The notes under the pieces: model-generated
Told to the model about the DNA's origin: nothing
Database searches by the model: none
What the model saw: only the letters and a program-made list of their open reading frames with translations
Virus record (IMG/VR): IMGVR_UViG_3300043961_000116
Location: 1 to 36,737 of that record
Strand: one strand, 5' to 3'
Length of the DNA stretch: 36,737 nt
Origin: a virus
Lineage: Duplodnaviria > Caudoviricetes
Shown: positions 1-10,300 of the stretch, one piece after another
How the letters are laid out: every line of letters starts with the position of its first letter
How positions within the stretch are numbered: position 1 is the stretch's first letter
Position numbers and translations under genes: made by a program

Positions 1-1176
1 TTAGTAATACAAACGTTCACCAGGGTAAATCTTGGTGTAGGCATTGGCATTATTCATCTGCATCAAGGTGTACATATTGACCCCAAACTGACGTGAAATA
101 CTCCAGAATGAGTCACCACTTTCAACAATGCAAACATGGCGGACTGGTTGCACATAAGTGTACTTAACGCGTGAGCCATACTCAGCGCCACCGTTGGCAC
201 CCATAGCAATGTACCGATAATAGCCTGCATTATTGACATAGCGTGCCCATACATAACCATTGGCAATGAATACGTGATCGTAATGGATTGAGTAACCTGC
301 TGGCAGCACACCAGATATGCCACTATTCGTTGAGTCACCTACACGCACGTTCATGTTGTGGTTGGGTGTAAACGTGCCTGCTTGGGCATAGTCACCGTTA
401 GCTACAGTATTGCTTTGGGTTACCTTATCAGCATCAACCGAGGCCTTAACGTTTTGCTTACTGTCATCAGTTGATTTAACTACTGGCTGTTGGTTGCCCA
501 TAAAGAAGTTATCATACAACTGAGTAACATCAAACCGCCCCAGAGAACAAGGAAAGTAGAACGATGAACCCCATTGCCAACCATGGTGGTTACTGTAGTA
601 ATTCCCTTGTGGAACGTATTGGTACATTGCAATCCAACCTTTATCAACCGCAAACTGGCTACCAACCCATGATCCCATTGTGTACACAGTGGAACGGTAA
701 CCATATTGTGCAACCGTGTTAATGAAAGCATTGTTAGCGGCTGTGTTCGTGTAATAGCCATTACCACGTTGTTGCGGTGCCTCAACATCAGCCACTAGTG
801 CTGCCCCAACTGGTAAACCATCGGCCTTAGCTGTTCGAGCCGCATAGTTAGCTTCAGCAATCGCACCAGAAACTGTTGAGTAACGGGCAAAATGATACCC
901 ATTGATGTACAACCCAGCTGCTTCAGCCGCTTTAATGTTGCCAGCCGCTGTCCCATCTTGGAAGTATGTGCCTTCAGTAATCTTGGTGGTGATTGCTTTA
1001 ACAGCATAGTTATTTCGCATGTAGACAAATTCTGGCGTTGTCATAGCACCATTGTTATTTGACACATCAACCATATCTGTTCGTGGTGCAGCCATTGCCA
1101 CGGTAGAAATAACTAAGGCAACAAAAAAGGCGGTTGCAGAAGCAATCACCCGTTTCCAACATTTATTTTTGAGCAT
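1..1176 (-). CDS. Endolysin: signal peptide + GH25 muramidase + SH3b-like + LysM
   Basis: N-terminal basic/hydrophobic/AMA-A signal peptide; GH25 motifs VDVS, KITEGT, GYHF, DVE; SH3b-like NVR..YDHV..NGYVW.RY; LysM VESGDSFWSIS..IYPGERL; last gene of late operon. Confidence 0.95.
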   Translation of the reverse strand: MLKNKCWKRVIASATAFFVALVISTVAMAAPRTDMVDVSNNNGAMTTPEFVYMRNNYAVKAITTKITEGTYFQDGTAAGNIKAAEAAGLYINGYHFARYSTVSGAIAEANYAARTAKADGLPVGAALVADVEAPQQRGNGYYTNTAANNAFINTVAQYGYRSTVYTMGSWVGSQFAVDKGWIAMYQYVPQGNYYSNHHGWQWGSSFYFPCSLGRFDVTQLYDNFFMGNQQPVVKSTDDSKQNVKASVDADKVTQSNTVANGDYAQAGTFTPNHNMNVRVGDSTNSGISGVLPAGYSIHYDHVFIANGYVWARYVNNAGYYRYIAMGANGGAEYGSRVKYTYVQPVRHVCIVESGDSFWSISRQFGVNMYTLMQMNNANAYTKIYPGERLYY

Positions 1177-1393
1177 TGTTACCTCCTTGTTTATCAGTGG
1201 ATACCGTTAAGATACCCAGTGTTGTAAACAATGACACGATGGCTGTAATTGCACCGTAAATAGTCGTTGCATCTGTCTGCTTAACTACAACACCAAGACT
1301 GGTCAAGATACCAATGCCACCTGTCGCAATGGCCGTTAACAGCGTTCCCCACGCAGTCGCTGAATGCCAATTAAAATTCAGTTTAACCTTCAT
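1163..1393 (-). CDS. Holin (2 TM)
   Basis: 76 aa, two hydrophobic helices, directly upstream of and overlapping the endolysin. Confidence 0.8.
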   Translation of the reverse strand: MKVKLNFNWHSATAWGTLLTAIATGGIGILTSLGVVVKQTDATTIYGAITAIVSLFTTLGILTVSTDKQGGNNAQK

Positions 1394-1766
1394 TTCTATT
1401 TCTCCCCTTTAGGTAATCAATGCCAATAGATGCGTCGCCGCCAATTCGCTTAACCTCAGTCACCATCTCACGAATGACGGCGGTTGCCTTGACCAAATTG
1501 GCATTGGACTCATTCATAGCAGTCTTTGCTTCTTTTAACTGCTCAGTTGCGTCATTGAATTTGGTCGATTGTTCTTGCATCTTCTTAACCAAAACCATGT
1601 TCTGGCTGATAGAAGCAGTTAGTTGTTCAGCTAAGTCCGGATATGATTCGATATTGGCTACTTTTGTGTTGCTTCGACTAATAAGCCACTGCACGATTAT
1701 AGTGCCAAGTACAGAAACGAAAGCAGATCCTAATGCTATCGTAACTTCATTCACGGTGATCACCAC
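1383..1766 (-). CDS. Membrane-anchored coiled-coil protein of the lysis cassette
   Basis: One N-terminal TM segment followed by a heptad-rich helical region; overlaps both neighbours. Confidence 0.6.
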   Translation of the reverse strand: MVITVNEVTIALGSAFVSVLGTIIVQWLISRSNTKVANIESYPDLAEQLTASISQNMVLVKKMQEQSTKFNDATEQLKEAKTAMNESNANLVKATAVIREMVTEVKRIGGDASIGIDYLKGRNRNEG

Positions 1767-2190
1767 CAGTAACCATTTTCATCTCATTTTCCATAATTTT
1801 GGCATGAAATGTTGGCTTGATGTAGTTCACAAATATACGAATACATACGATTACACTAATTCCAGACATCCAACCTGGCATATCCATTTGAATGTCGTGC
1901 CAAATAAAAGCGACTGCCAACAGTGTCCAAATAAATTGAAGTGAGCTAACCATGATTTGGCGTGCATAAAAACGACGTAAATCCCAGAAGCCCACCACAA
2001 TAGCAAATACACCAAAAATTGTGATAATCATTGGCACCCATGGATCATCAAGATGTCCGAACATGCTATCCAGCCACATATGATCACGTGCCGCAAATGA
2101 GTTCTGAAAATATTCAAGGTACCCAGCAATCCACAATGTTTCAGCGCCCTGTTCAATCCAGAAGTGATTCTTAAAGAATTTAACTAGCAC
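1747..2190 (-). CDS. Multi-TM membrane protein of the lysis cassette
   Basis: About 3-4 hydrophobic segments; SD GAGGTG before start; first gene of the lysis cassette. Confidence 0.65.
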   Translation of the reverse strand: MLVKFFKNHFWIEQGAETLWIAGYLEYFQNSFAARDHMWLDSMFGHLDDPWVPMIITIFGVFAIVVGFWDLRRFYARQIMVSSLQFIWTLLAVAFIWHDIQMDMPGWMSGISVIVCIRIFVNYIKPTFHAKIMENEMKMVTGGDHRE

Positions 2191-2225
2191 ATGTCGTCAC
2201 CTCTTTCAATCAATCATTCATTGAA

Positions 2226-2399
2226 TTATTCACCCATTGCTGGTACGTCACCAGTCGGCTCAACATAATTTTCATTAAACAATTGCTTAAATTGATCGGC
2301 CGTCAATGCCTTTAAATCTCGAACAAAATATGCAGCCACAAAGCCGCGGCCATAAATACCAAAGTTAACTAATAATTTAACCTGATCAAAGAGTCCCAT
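2226..2399 (-). CDS. XkdX-like small protein (57 aa, missing from ORF track)
   Basis: Hand translation MGLFDQVKLLVNFGIYGRGFVAAYFVRDLKALTADQFKQLFNENYVEPTGDVPAMGE; TAATG coupling to upstream gene; XkdX-type pattern and position between tail and lysis genes. Confidence 0.75.
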   Translation of the reverse strand: MGLFDQVKLLVNFGIYGRGFVAAYFVRDLKALTADQFKQLFNENYVEPTGDVPAMGE

Positions 2400-2761
2400 T
2401 ATTCTGTACCTCCTGTTGTCGTTTTATTCATCGCCGCCATTTGTGCTACTAATGAGCCAGCGAGCGTTAGCGCTTGTTGTGCCTTCATGTCAGTCGCAGA
2501 TTGTGACTTCTGCAGCGTTGTGTTTTCTGATTTTAATGCCGCATTTTCGGCCACCACCTGTCCAAGCATCACCATTGCAGATGCTAGAGTGGGCTGCTTG
2601 GTTGGAACAATCCATGTGTTGCTTTCCTTATCGAAGTGAGTATGCTGATCGTCATCTGGTAATACGTGCGTTAAGTTTTCACCAGTGTTGATTTTGTAAT
2701 TCTCTTCAAAATCAAACACGCCTTGCAATGTTCCAAATTCATCGTATGCCGCTAACTTCAT
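2399..2761 (-). CDS. Putative tail fibre/RBP assembly chaperone (XkdW-like position)
   Basis: T..LP, HFD....W motif plus C-terminal coiled coil; lies between RBP and XkdX-like gene; SD AGGAGG. Confidence 0.6.
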   Translation of the reverse strand: MKLAAYDEFGTLQGVFDFEENYKINTGENLTHVLPDDDQHTHFDKESNTWIVPTKQPTLASAMVMLGQVVAENAALKSENTTLQKSQSATDMKAQQALTLAGSLVAQMAAMNKTTTGGTE

Positions 2762-2773
2762 ATTTCTTCCTCC

Positions 2774-3904
2774 TTAGCTATATTGTTCTGTTGAAATGAT
2801 GATGAAGCTTAGCAATGTATATGATCCAGCCGTGATATTATTGGCACCAGCGTTGATGGTAATATCACCATTAGTAACATCTAGTGAAAAACTAACTGCT
2901 TGTCCGTTAGCTTGGCCTATTGCAGAGGCGATAACACTGCCGACATCGTAATAGGCCCCAGCTGGAAGCCGTAGCGCCGGTTTAGAGTACCAAATACCGG
3001 CATCGCCTTGTGGCTTCAAGGCACCTTGAACGTAAGTGTAATGAACGTTGCCATCACTCGTGTTGAGATACTTCAATTGATGATCCCAACCTTGGTCTGC
3101 TTGAACCCAGCCACCTTGGAAGCCGAATCCGCCTGTCGTCCAACGTGTATCCGTCTTGATACTGCCAACACGATCCCACAACGCCGATATGAATCCATTA
3201 CGGGTCTTGATGTCTTGACTAAAGAACGTGTCTTTATCAAAAGTGTTTGTTCCAGTCCATTCGTTGTCGCCGGTCAGCTTACCGATTTGGTTGTCCTTAA
3301 TCATTTGAGTTAACGTGGCTGTGTCGGCCTGTCCATCCTTTACCATACCCTTTAGCGTTGTGATCTGATTAACAGCGTTGGTATAGTCGACACTCGTACG
3401 ACACTGATCCATAAACGTCTGCCAATCTGATCGATATGGCTCTAGGTCAATATTCATATCGACCCAGTTTTCTAGAATTCGGAAGTACACATCAGCGCTT
3501 GAAACTACCTTGCCATCATCGTCATTGACAATCTCAAAGAATCCTTTGAAGATACCAGGGACAGCGAACACTTCTGGTGAAAAGGTAAACTCAACCTGAC
3601 CATTAATCGCAGAGATGATATTTGTCGTCCCATAGTCAACAATGCTTTTTGTTGGGTTTTCTTCTGGGTAATTCGGTGCTGTGTTAGGATCATCAGATTG
3701 CGCCTCTAACAACGTGCCACCTTTTAATACAATATGCCGACCATTCATATTGACAGCTACGCCGCTGTCCATAAATTGCATAAATACATCGGCTGCAGAA
3801 TCTCCGACGCGGCCTCTAAACGAATCTGTAATGGATGCTGTTAGTCCTTGTGCTTGAATTGTTTTAGATACGTCAAAAATGACCCATCGTCTATTATTTT
3901 GCAT
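2774..3904 (-). CDS. BppU-like baseplate protein with C-terminal RBP-like head
   Basis: N-terminal BppU/DUF2479-like motifs (GRVGD, NGQVEFTF, G.F.GFF, SS.DV.F.ILE), helical linker, GDNEWTGTNTF neck, beta-rich head; start placed at ATG 3904 behind GGAGG. Confidence 0.8.
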   Translation of the reverse strand: MQNNRRWVIFDVSKTIQAQGLTASITDSFRGRVGDSAADVFMQFMDSGVAVNMNGRHIVLKGGTLLEAQSDDPNTAPNYPEENPTKSIVDYGTTNIISAINGQVEFTFSPEVFAVPGIFKGFFEIVNDDDGKVVSSADVYFRILENWVDMNIDLEPYRSDWQTFMDQCRTSVDYTNAVNQITTLKGMVKDGQADTATLTQMIKDNQIGKLTGDNEWTGTNTFDKDTFFSQDIKTRNGFISALWDRVGSIKTDTRWTTGGFGFQGGWVQADQGWDHQLKYLNTSDGNVHYTYVQGALKPQGDAGIWYSKPALRLPAGAYYDVGSVIASAIGQANGQAVSFSLDVTNGDITINAGANNITAGSYTLLSFIIISTEQYS

Positions 3905-3928
3905 GTTTACCTCCATTTTTCTGTACGT

Positions 3929-3952
3929 AAAAAGCCCACTATTGATGGGCTT
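3929..3952 (-). terminator. Intrinsic terminator inside the tail operon
   Basis: Minus strand AAGCCCATCAATAGTGGGCTTTTT hairpin plus U tract. Confidence 0.65.
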
Positions 3953-3958
3953 AACTTG

Positions 3959-4909
3959 TTATCCATCTAATTCACTTAATCGCTGAAGATTAAACAGGCA
4001 ATGGTCGAGAGTGTTCCAAACGTTATTCAACGTTTCGCCAAAGTGTTGATCAATCAGTAGCCCGATTGGCAGTGTTGGATTAATGCTACGGACGTCACGG
4101 CCATCAAGCTGACGCACTAACAAATTAACATCATCAATGGCAGTCCTGAGACCTGTAAGCATTTGGTTTCTAAAAGTCAAGCCAAGCAAATCACTCGTCA
4201 CTGGTTCAATCACACTAGTTGACACGTTTAAGCGATTTGCTAGATTAGTCAACCGATTGTTTAGATTCGTAAAGTTTTGATTCAGATTATCCTTTAAGCC
4301 ATCGAACTGGACTAAGCTCAAGCAAAGGTTCTGCCGAATGAATAAAGCAATCCGATTGCCCAGCAGCTCATAAGTTTCTTGAGTCGGATGCAGCCACTTG
4401 TCGCCCAATAATTGATTGAAATTGTTGGGCGTTACTACTGGGTCACTGCGCCAATCTAATACGATACCGCCATTACTGATGTAGACATCTTTCTCAGCGT
4501 CTTGCAACTCATCCCAGCCATAACCGGCTGGACTTTCGTTAGCATTAATAGCGTCCGTATTACCCCAGATCGGTAAGATACCGACTAGCAAAATGTCTGG
4601 GTTAGATTCGTAGATAAGCTGTATTTGGTCGTTAAGCGTGTCCGTCAATTCTCTGATGCTGCCGGAACCGCCATCAAAGTCATTCACGCCATAGCCAATT
4701 GTGACCAGGTCATATTGTCTAAAGTCGGTGCTACTAACGACCTGCGGCAAGTCTTTAGATTGAGTGCCTATGATTGCGCCACCACCATGGCCTAAGTTTG
4801 TCGTTGGCATGTTCAAGGCTTGCTGAATAAAGTAAGCTTCTGGTCTATCAACATCGACACTGCCGTCCCAACCTTCAGTAATTGAGTCACCAAGCATAAC
4901 TATGTTCAC
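3959..4909 (-). CDS. SGNH/GDSL hydrolase with helical C-terminal domain
   Basis: Blocks GDSIT, HGGG, GVND and D..LHP (DKWLHP); located in the baseplate module. Confidence 0.88.
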   Translation of the reverse strand: MNIVMLGDSITEGWDGSVDVDRPEAYFIQQALNMPTTNLGHGGGAIIGTQSKDLPQVVSSTDFRQYDLVTIGYGVNDFDGGSGSIRELTDTLNDQIQLIYESNPDILLVGILPIWGNTDAINANESPAGYGWDELQDAEKDVYISNGGIVLDWRSDPVVTPNNFNQLLGDKWLHPTQETYELLGNRIALFIRQNLCLSLVQFDGLKDNLNQNFTNLNNRLTNLANRLNVSTSVIEPVTSDLLGLTFRNQMLTGLRTAIDDVNLLVRQLDGRDVRSINPTLPIGLLIDQHFGETLNNVWNTLDHCLFNLQRLSELDG

Positions 4910-5412
4910 ACATCACACCACCAATCTTTTTCGAAATAGAACCAACTGTTGTTCTTCATACTTTCAGGATCGTAAGCTTCCAGCGTCAGCTTTCGGCTAT
5001 CCCAGTCAACTCTTAACCTAGATGGTAATTGTCTGTTTCCGTTACCATCACACCATCCGCCTATCATTGTCGGTACACTTGAGTCCTTTGGCATATTCGG
5101 GTCTAACATGACAATGTCTCCATTACCAGATGCGTTGGTAAAATAGACCTGAAGAGTGACGTGTTGCACATTGCCTAATTTAACTGCTTGATATTTAGCC
5201 ATCGGTTGACCATCAATTGGCTCAATGCCATTTAGATAGCTGAATCCTGATGTATGCCAGCTAATGTCAGCCTTGGTTAACGTTGGAATGTCCGACTTAT
5301 GAGCTAAATCATTAGGAATGCCCAAAATGGCATCCCAAGCTGTAATTGGCCAATACACAGTGCCATCTCTATGCGCAAGATATTCTTTATGTGTTTGGTT
5401 GGTACTGGACAT
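4906..5412 (-). CDS. Small baseplate/RBP-like protein
   Basis: YWPITAWDAILG tail motif; C-terminal part resembles the head of 2774..3904. Confidence 0.65.
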   Translation of the reverse strand: MSSTNQTHKEYLAHRDGTVYWPITAWDAILGIPNDLAHKSDIPTLTKADISWHTSGFSYLNGIEPIDGQPMAKYQAVKLGNVQHVTLQVYFTNASGNGDIVMLDPNMPKDSSVPTMIGGWCDGNGNRQLPSRLRVDWDSRKLTLEAYDPESMKNNSWFYFEKDWWCDV

Positions 5413-6556
5413 CGCTTACACCTCCATCAATGGTTTGCCATCCCGATCCACTACTGCTACTCTGAGCAGCATGCTTAGCCGCTTCATTTGCTTTAATAAA
5501 AGCTTCCTGAGTCGTCCTTTGCATCGATAAGTCAAAATCCAACATGTTCATTTGTGAATCATCAACGGTTATCTGAGTCACTTGCGAATGGTCCAGTGGA
5601 TATTCTACTAGCCCAGTGATTTTTACATCTGACTGATATCCGTTTTTGGGGTCATTAATATGCCAAATTTCGCTTTCTCGAATATCGGCATCCCCGTCAT
5701 AGTTAAAAGTTACTTGCATCTGGGGGTTCGGATGTGCACTTTTAGCTGCCATCGCTAGCAATTCATTTTGATCCACATTAGAATCAACCGTTAAGTCATC
5801 TGCCTGCGGATGCGGACCCCAATTGGCTATCGATTGTTCATCTCGGTAGGTGGCATGCACAGCATACTTATCCGCATTACTATTTGAATCACTAGATGAA
5901 TTGTCATTTTGAATTGGCGATCCATAGCATTCGATTATATTTACTATTGAACTTGATGAATCAGGCTGTGAATCGACTTCCGTCAAGTTTTTTCCAAATG
6001 TGAATTGATTATTCACCTTGTGAAACCAGCTATCAGATTCGTAAATAATCCATTGCTTGTTGTCAGGGCACAAAACACATGTTGGCCAAGTCTGTGCGAC
6101 TAAGTCTAGTCCGGTGCGTCCCGTCCCTTTTCCAACAGAATCAATATTGACAGCATCAAAAGAGCCAACAATTTTGTACGAATATCCCTGATCGTTTCCA
6201 TCAAAGAAATGAGCCATGATTTGTTGTGGGGTGTAGTTGCCAGCCGGTAGTTCAGTAGTGGCAACCCTAAAACTGTCGCATCGATACCCAACGTGAATTG
6301 CCGTCACTTGTGTCGTTGTGTTGCTAGGCAACCTAGTTGCACTTGGCAATGTAATCGTATAGTTCTGGCCTCTGAATTGAACTAGATTTTCATTAGTTAC
6401 AAGTTCTGCAGCTGGTGAACCATCATTGAACATTGTCCAGTCGAGCTGCAACTGTGAGTTCTTTTGATAGGTTCTAGTAAAGGTAGCATTATCAATGAGA
6501 TTGTTCAGAATAAAACCGGTCTGGTTGTTCCGGTCTTTAACAATCACTTTTTCCAT
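5387..6556 (-). CDS. Tal-like baseplate hub (prophage tail protein)
   Basis: Follows Dit; N-terminal hub motifs (ENLV.F.GQ.Y.I, V.A.H, PDNK, D..SI..WG); no obvious C-terminal peptidase. Confidence 0.82.
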   Translation of the reverse strand: MEKVIVKDRNNQTGFILNNLIDNATFTRTYQKNSQLQLDWTMFNDGSPAAELVTNENLVQFRGQNYTITLPSATRLPSNTTTQVTAIHVGYRCDSFRVATTELPAGNYTPQQIMAHFFDGNDQGYSYKIVGSFDAVNIDSVGKGTGRTGLDLVAQTWPTCVLCPDNKQWIIYESDSWFHKVNNQFTFGKNLTEVDSQPDSSSSIVNIIECYGSPIQNDNSSSDSNSNADKYAVHATYRDEQSIANWGPHPQADDLTVDSNVDQNELLAMAAKSAHPNPQMQVTFNYDGDADIRESEIWHINDPKNGYQSDVKITGLVEYPLDHSQVTQITVDDSQMNMLDFDLSMQRTTQEAFIKANEAAKHAAQSSSSGSGWQTIDGGVSDVQYQPNT

Positions 6557-7377
6557 CAGAAAAATAGAAACGGAAAACTAAATGTAATGGATTTAACTGT
6601 GCAACCAGTCACAGTAATTTCATTCCACGTTTTAGCTTTCAGATTCAAATCGCCCCAGTCAGTATTGATGCCAGCCGGATTCCCGTCAACAAACGCATCT
6701 ACTCCCCTGAGTTCCAGCTTCTGTGAGGCGTTCAAACCACGCTCGTAGGTGAACGATCGCCCTGTGGTCTTGTTCGTAATCGTAGGTGATCCGTCCACAT
6801 ATGCAGTCACATTCAAATCATGGTTTTGTTCAAATGGGTCAATGTCAATATCGGATGGATTGTAAACGCTAAAACTACCCGATGCAAATACATACTGAGG
6901 CACGGGATTAGTTGGAAGTTCCATACCCAATTCTATGCCCTTGTTCCAATCATCATCCGAGCGCAATAGCGATTGTCGCATGCCGCCAGTAATTGCAAAG
7001 GGAACTGAGAACTGACTGTCGATAAAGTTCAAAGCAGCCATGTCATATTCCTGTACAACACCATACTGAACGATCCCAGGCTGGACACTGTCCCTAATTC
7101 TTAAGGGCGTTCGTGACCTAAACAAATTAGAAAGTTTATCAACTGCTAATCTGAAATCGGGATAATCGGACGCCTTAAAAAAGAAGTCGGCAGTAGTTGT
7201 GCTTGGACCATATGTGTACGCCCCGTGTTGGCGCTCGCCATCACGACCGTTAACCGTCGTCCAATTGCTAACAATAGGACCAGCTTTATGGGTCAGCTTC
7301 AGGAATCGTAAGCCGGGGACAACTTCATCAATTGAGATTTCCTGCTGGTCGTCTTTTTGAATATAAAGTTTCGCCAT
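6556..7377 (-). CDS. Distal tail protein (Dit)
   Basis: Directly after TMP; G.DG motif, VYNPSDIDIDP, C-terminal WNEI. Confidence 0.85.
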   Translation of the reverse strand: MAKLYIQKDDQQEISIDEVVPGLRFLKLTHKAGPIVSNWTTVNGRDGERQHGAYTYGPSTTTADFFFKASDYPDFRLAVDKLSNLFRSRTPLRIRDSVQPGIVQYGVVQEYDMAALNFIDSQFSVPFAITGGMRQSLLRSDDDWNKGIELGMELPTNPVPQYVFASGSFSVYNPSDIDIDPFEQNHDLNVTAYVDGSPTITNKTTGRSFTYERGLNASQKLELRGVDAFVDGNPAGINTDWGDLNLKAKTWNEITVTGCTVKSITFSFPFLFF

Positions 7378-10300
7378 TAAATTCCCTCCAATCCTAGTCT
7401 TTGCGGTTTCTGCGTCGTCATATTTGCATAACGCTGTTTATCAATCAAGTTAACAAGTGCTGATAAGCTCCCGTTTCCAGTGAATAAACCAGAGAACAAA
7501 TCAATGATGTTATCCAAACGCTTAACCTGCCCTTGCAACAGACTATTTTGCTGTTGCATGAGTTCCAATTCAGCTTGATTACCATCATTTGTGCCACCCA
7601 TTCCATCTCTCGCTGCCATCGTTGCTGCCGCCTTACCAAGCAGTTCGTAACCACGGCTAGATTTGACTGATGACATCGGAATAATCATTTCAGAAAGATT
7701 GTTCTCACTGACTTCATACATACCGTGTTTTGAAATCAAACCACCATTTGCATAACCGTGACCATTACCCAAGAAGCTCAAGCTCGGTCCATAAGTTGCC
7801 TTGGCGTATGCGAGTCCAGCAAGCAAACTGTCGTATCCGTTCCAAATATCTTTATGCCCAGGGAACGCATAATGATTAAATGTATTTCGCTTGGTTTGCA
7901 TTAAACCCATTGCTGGGCCCGAACCATCACCATCTGGGTCACCATGTTGACTAGCTTTTTCATTACCACTACTTTCAGTGGCAATCTGTCGCAAAATACG
8001 CTCAATCATGCTATCGGACGTTGATAAATTGTTGGCTGCCAAGGCCTGCTTAACTTGATCACGCCAACGTTGAACACCCGCACCAGATGGAGCACCCTTA
8101 CCGCCGCCAGCATCTCCTTGATCATCGTTTAAACCACTAAACAGGTCTTTGAACCATTTTTCACCTTGCTTAATTACAAAGTGACCAGCAGGTGAAGCCA
8201 TGTCAGCAATCAATTCGCTCGTATCCTTAAAGCCAGACGTGAACTTGTCAAATACCTTCGTGACTTCATCAATTGGGTGTTTCATGAAGTTCTCAATAGC
8301 CTTGGCTTTGTCACCAATCAATTTACCAACGTCATCAAACTTGCCGCCTACCCAGTTAATGGCACCCTTAATGTTGTCCAACCAACCGGAACCAGTTGCA
8401 AAGTGGGGAATACCCATGCTGTACATGATGTCTTTAGTGTCGCGGGCGTTAAGTACAGCGTCACCAGCGTCAAGATGTGTCAACGTATCTTGTCCTTGAA
8501 CAATCCCCATCCGGCCATCTTTTTTGATAACCATTTCCTTGTTGCCAGTCTCAGGCGAATCATGGCCATCATTCAAAATAGCCAGCGTGTCCTTGACTAA
8601 ACGACCATTCATAGTCCCAACGGCCAGCTTGGGAATGTCACCAATGGCTTTCTTCTTGCCTCCTAAAAATGAAATGACACTATCAATCCCGTTGATACCA
8701 CCATTAAGGAAGTCAATAACGCCATTAATGCCACTCTTACCAGCCTTCTGAATACCGTCCCAAATGCCACCAAAGAAAGAGCCGACGTCTGACCATGTGT
8801 TGTGCCATACGCTCTTAATAGTTCCAAGCGTGTCGCCAATCCAACTAGACATTTTGCCGAAAACGCTAGTTACTTTGTTCCAAACAGCGTCAACTGGTTT
8901 AGATACAAAAACAACCACCGCATTCCAAGCGTCACTCGTCCATTTTTTGATATTGTTCCAAATGCCAACAACATCTGAACCTAAACGATTGAATATTTTG
9001 GTCACGTCATGCCAAAGATTCGAAGCAAAATTAGAAACTGTTCGCCAGATGCCGTTCCAAATGTTCGATGTAAAATGTGCAATGTCGTTCCAAGTGTTAC
9101 TTATCCACTTCGAAAGGCTATTCCAAATTTTCGAAACAAAATTAAACACATCCTGAACTGGTTTAGAAATCGCGCGGCCAATCGCTGCCCAACAGTTGAC
9201 TGTATCACGCCATACAGCGTTCCACATTCGACCGATGAAGCTAGCTATTTGACCAAAAAATTTAGAAACTTGTTTGTAGACATTGACGACCGGCTGAATT
9301 ATCGCATTGCTAATTCCTTTCCAAACGGTTTGAGCAGTGCTTTTCATTCCATTCCAAATGGCTTCAATCGGTTTTTGAATTCTCTTCCATACAGCCACTA
9401 TTTCAGCTGCCAGCAAGACAATTGGTGCCAATGCAGCAATCTCAATACCTTTCCAAACAACACCGGCTACTTTCTTAATGCCATTCCATATAGCGCTAAG
9501 ATCCTTGCTTAGCTTTTTGAATACGTTGACGACCCCTTTAACAAGATCATCAGCCCACTTCTTAAAGCCTTTATTGTTGTTATAGAGTAGCTTAATTGCA
9601 CCAGCAAAAGGATTAACCAGCAGTAGTGCTAAGCCACCCCAGTTTTTCTTAATCCAGTTGATAGTTGTCGTGAACCCGCTGCTAATCGCCTTGCCAACTT
9701 TACCGACTTCGTTGCCAATAGCTTTTTCCCAGCCGAGCTTGCCGGTAAAGAACTTGCCAATAGCATCAATAGACTTCTTGGCTACTTTAACCATGCCATC
9801 GAAGCCTTTTTTGAATGCTTTTCCAATTCCATTGATGAAATCACGGAACTTCTTATTGTGCTTATACAACTCGAAGAGAGCCACACCAACAGCTACCACT
9901 GCTGCGGCAATTGCTACAAAAAGATTGGCTTTCATGGCAATGTTCAAAGCCTTCTGGGTAACAGCCGTAATTTTGGCTGCATCCGTATAACCCTTCATTC
10001 CAATGGTCAGCGCACTAATTCCTTTCGCAATACCAGTGATTCCACTCATCAACTTAGCTGCTGCGAACGCGCCAACCAATGCGGCACCAATACCTTTAAT
10101 GGCATCCTGATGTTTTGCCAGTCCAATCAGCAACCGATTCAAATTTTTAACTGGATCCGTACTCTTCTTAGCATTACCTGTCAGACTACTAAAGGCGTTT
10201 CCAATACCGTTTATCGTTCCAGAAACGGCTTTCCACGCGCCATCAAACAATAGCTTGGTAATTGTGGTCAGACTGGTAATAACGCCTCCAATGTCTTTTT

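Noticed and set aside
1420-1944. 174-aa plus-strand ORF in the lysis cassette as an embedded lysis gene
   Set aside because: Antisense to two coupled genes, Ser/Cys-rich composition typical of shadow frames, no SD
2774-5412. Shufflon or DGR acting on the two RBP-like heads
   Set aside because: Both are in the same orientation, with no visible nucleotide-level repeats, inverted crossover sites or reverse transcriptase
8760-9500. Repetitive ttcca pattern as a DNA repeat array or CRISPR
   Set aside because: Explained by the Trp-periodic repeats of the tape measure protein; no repeat-spacer structure
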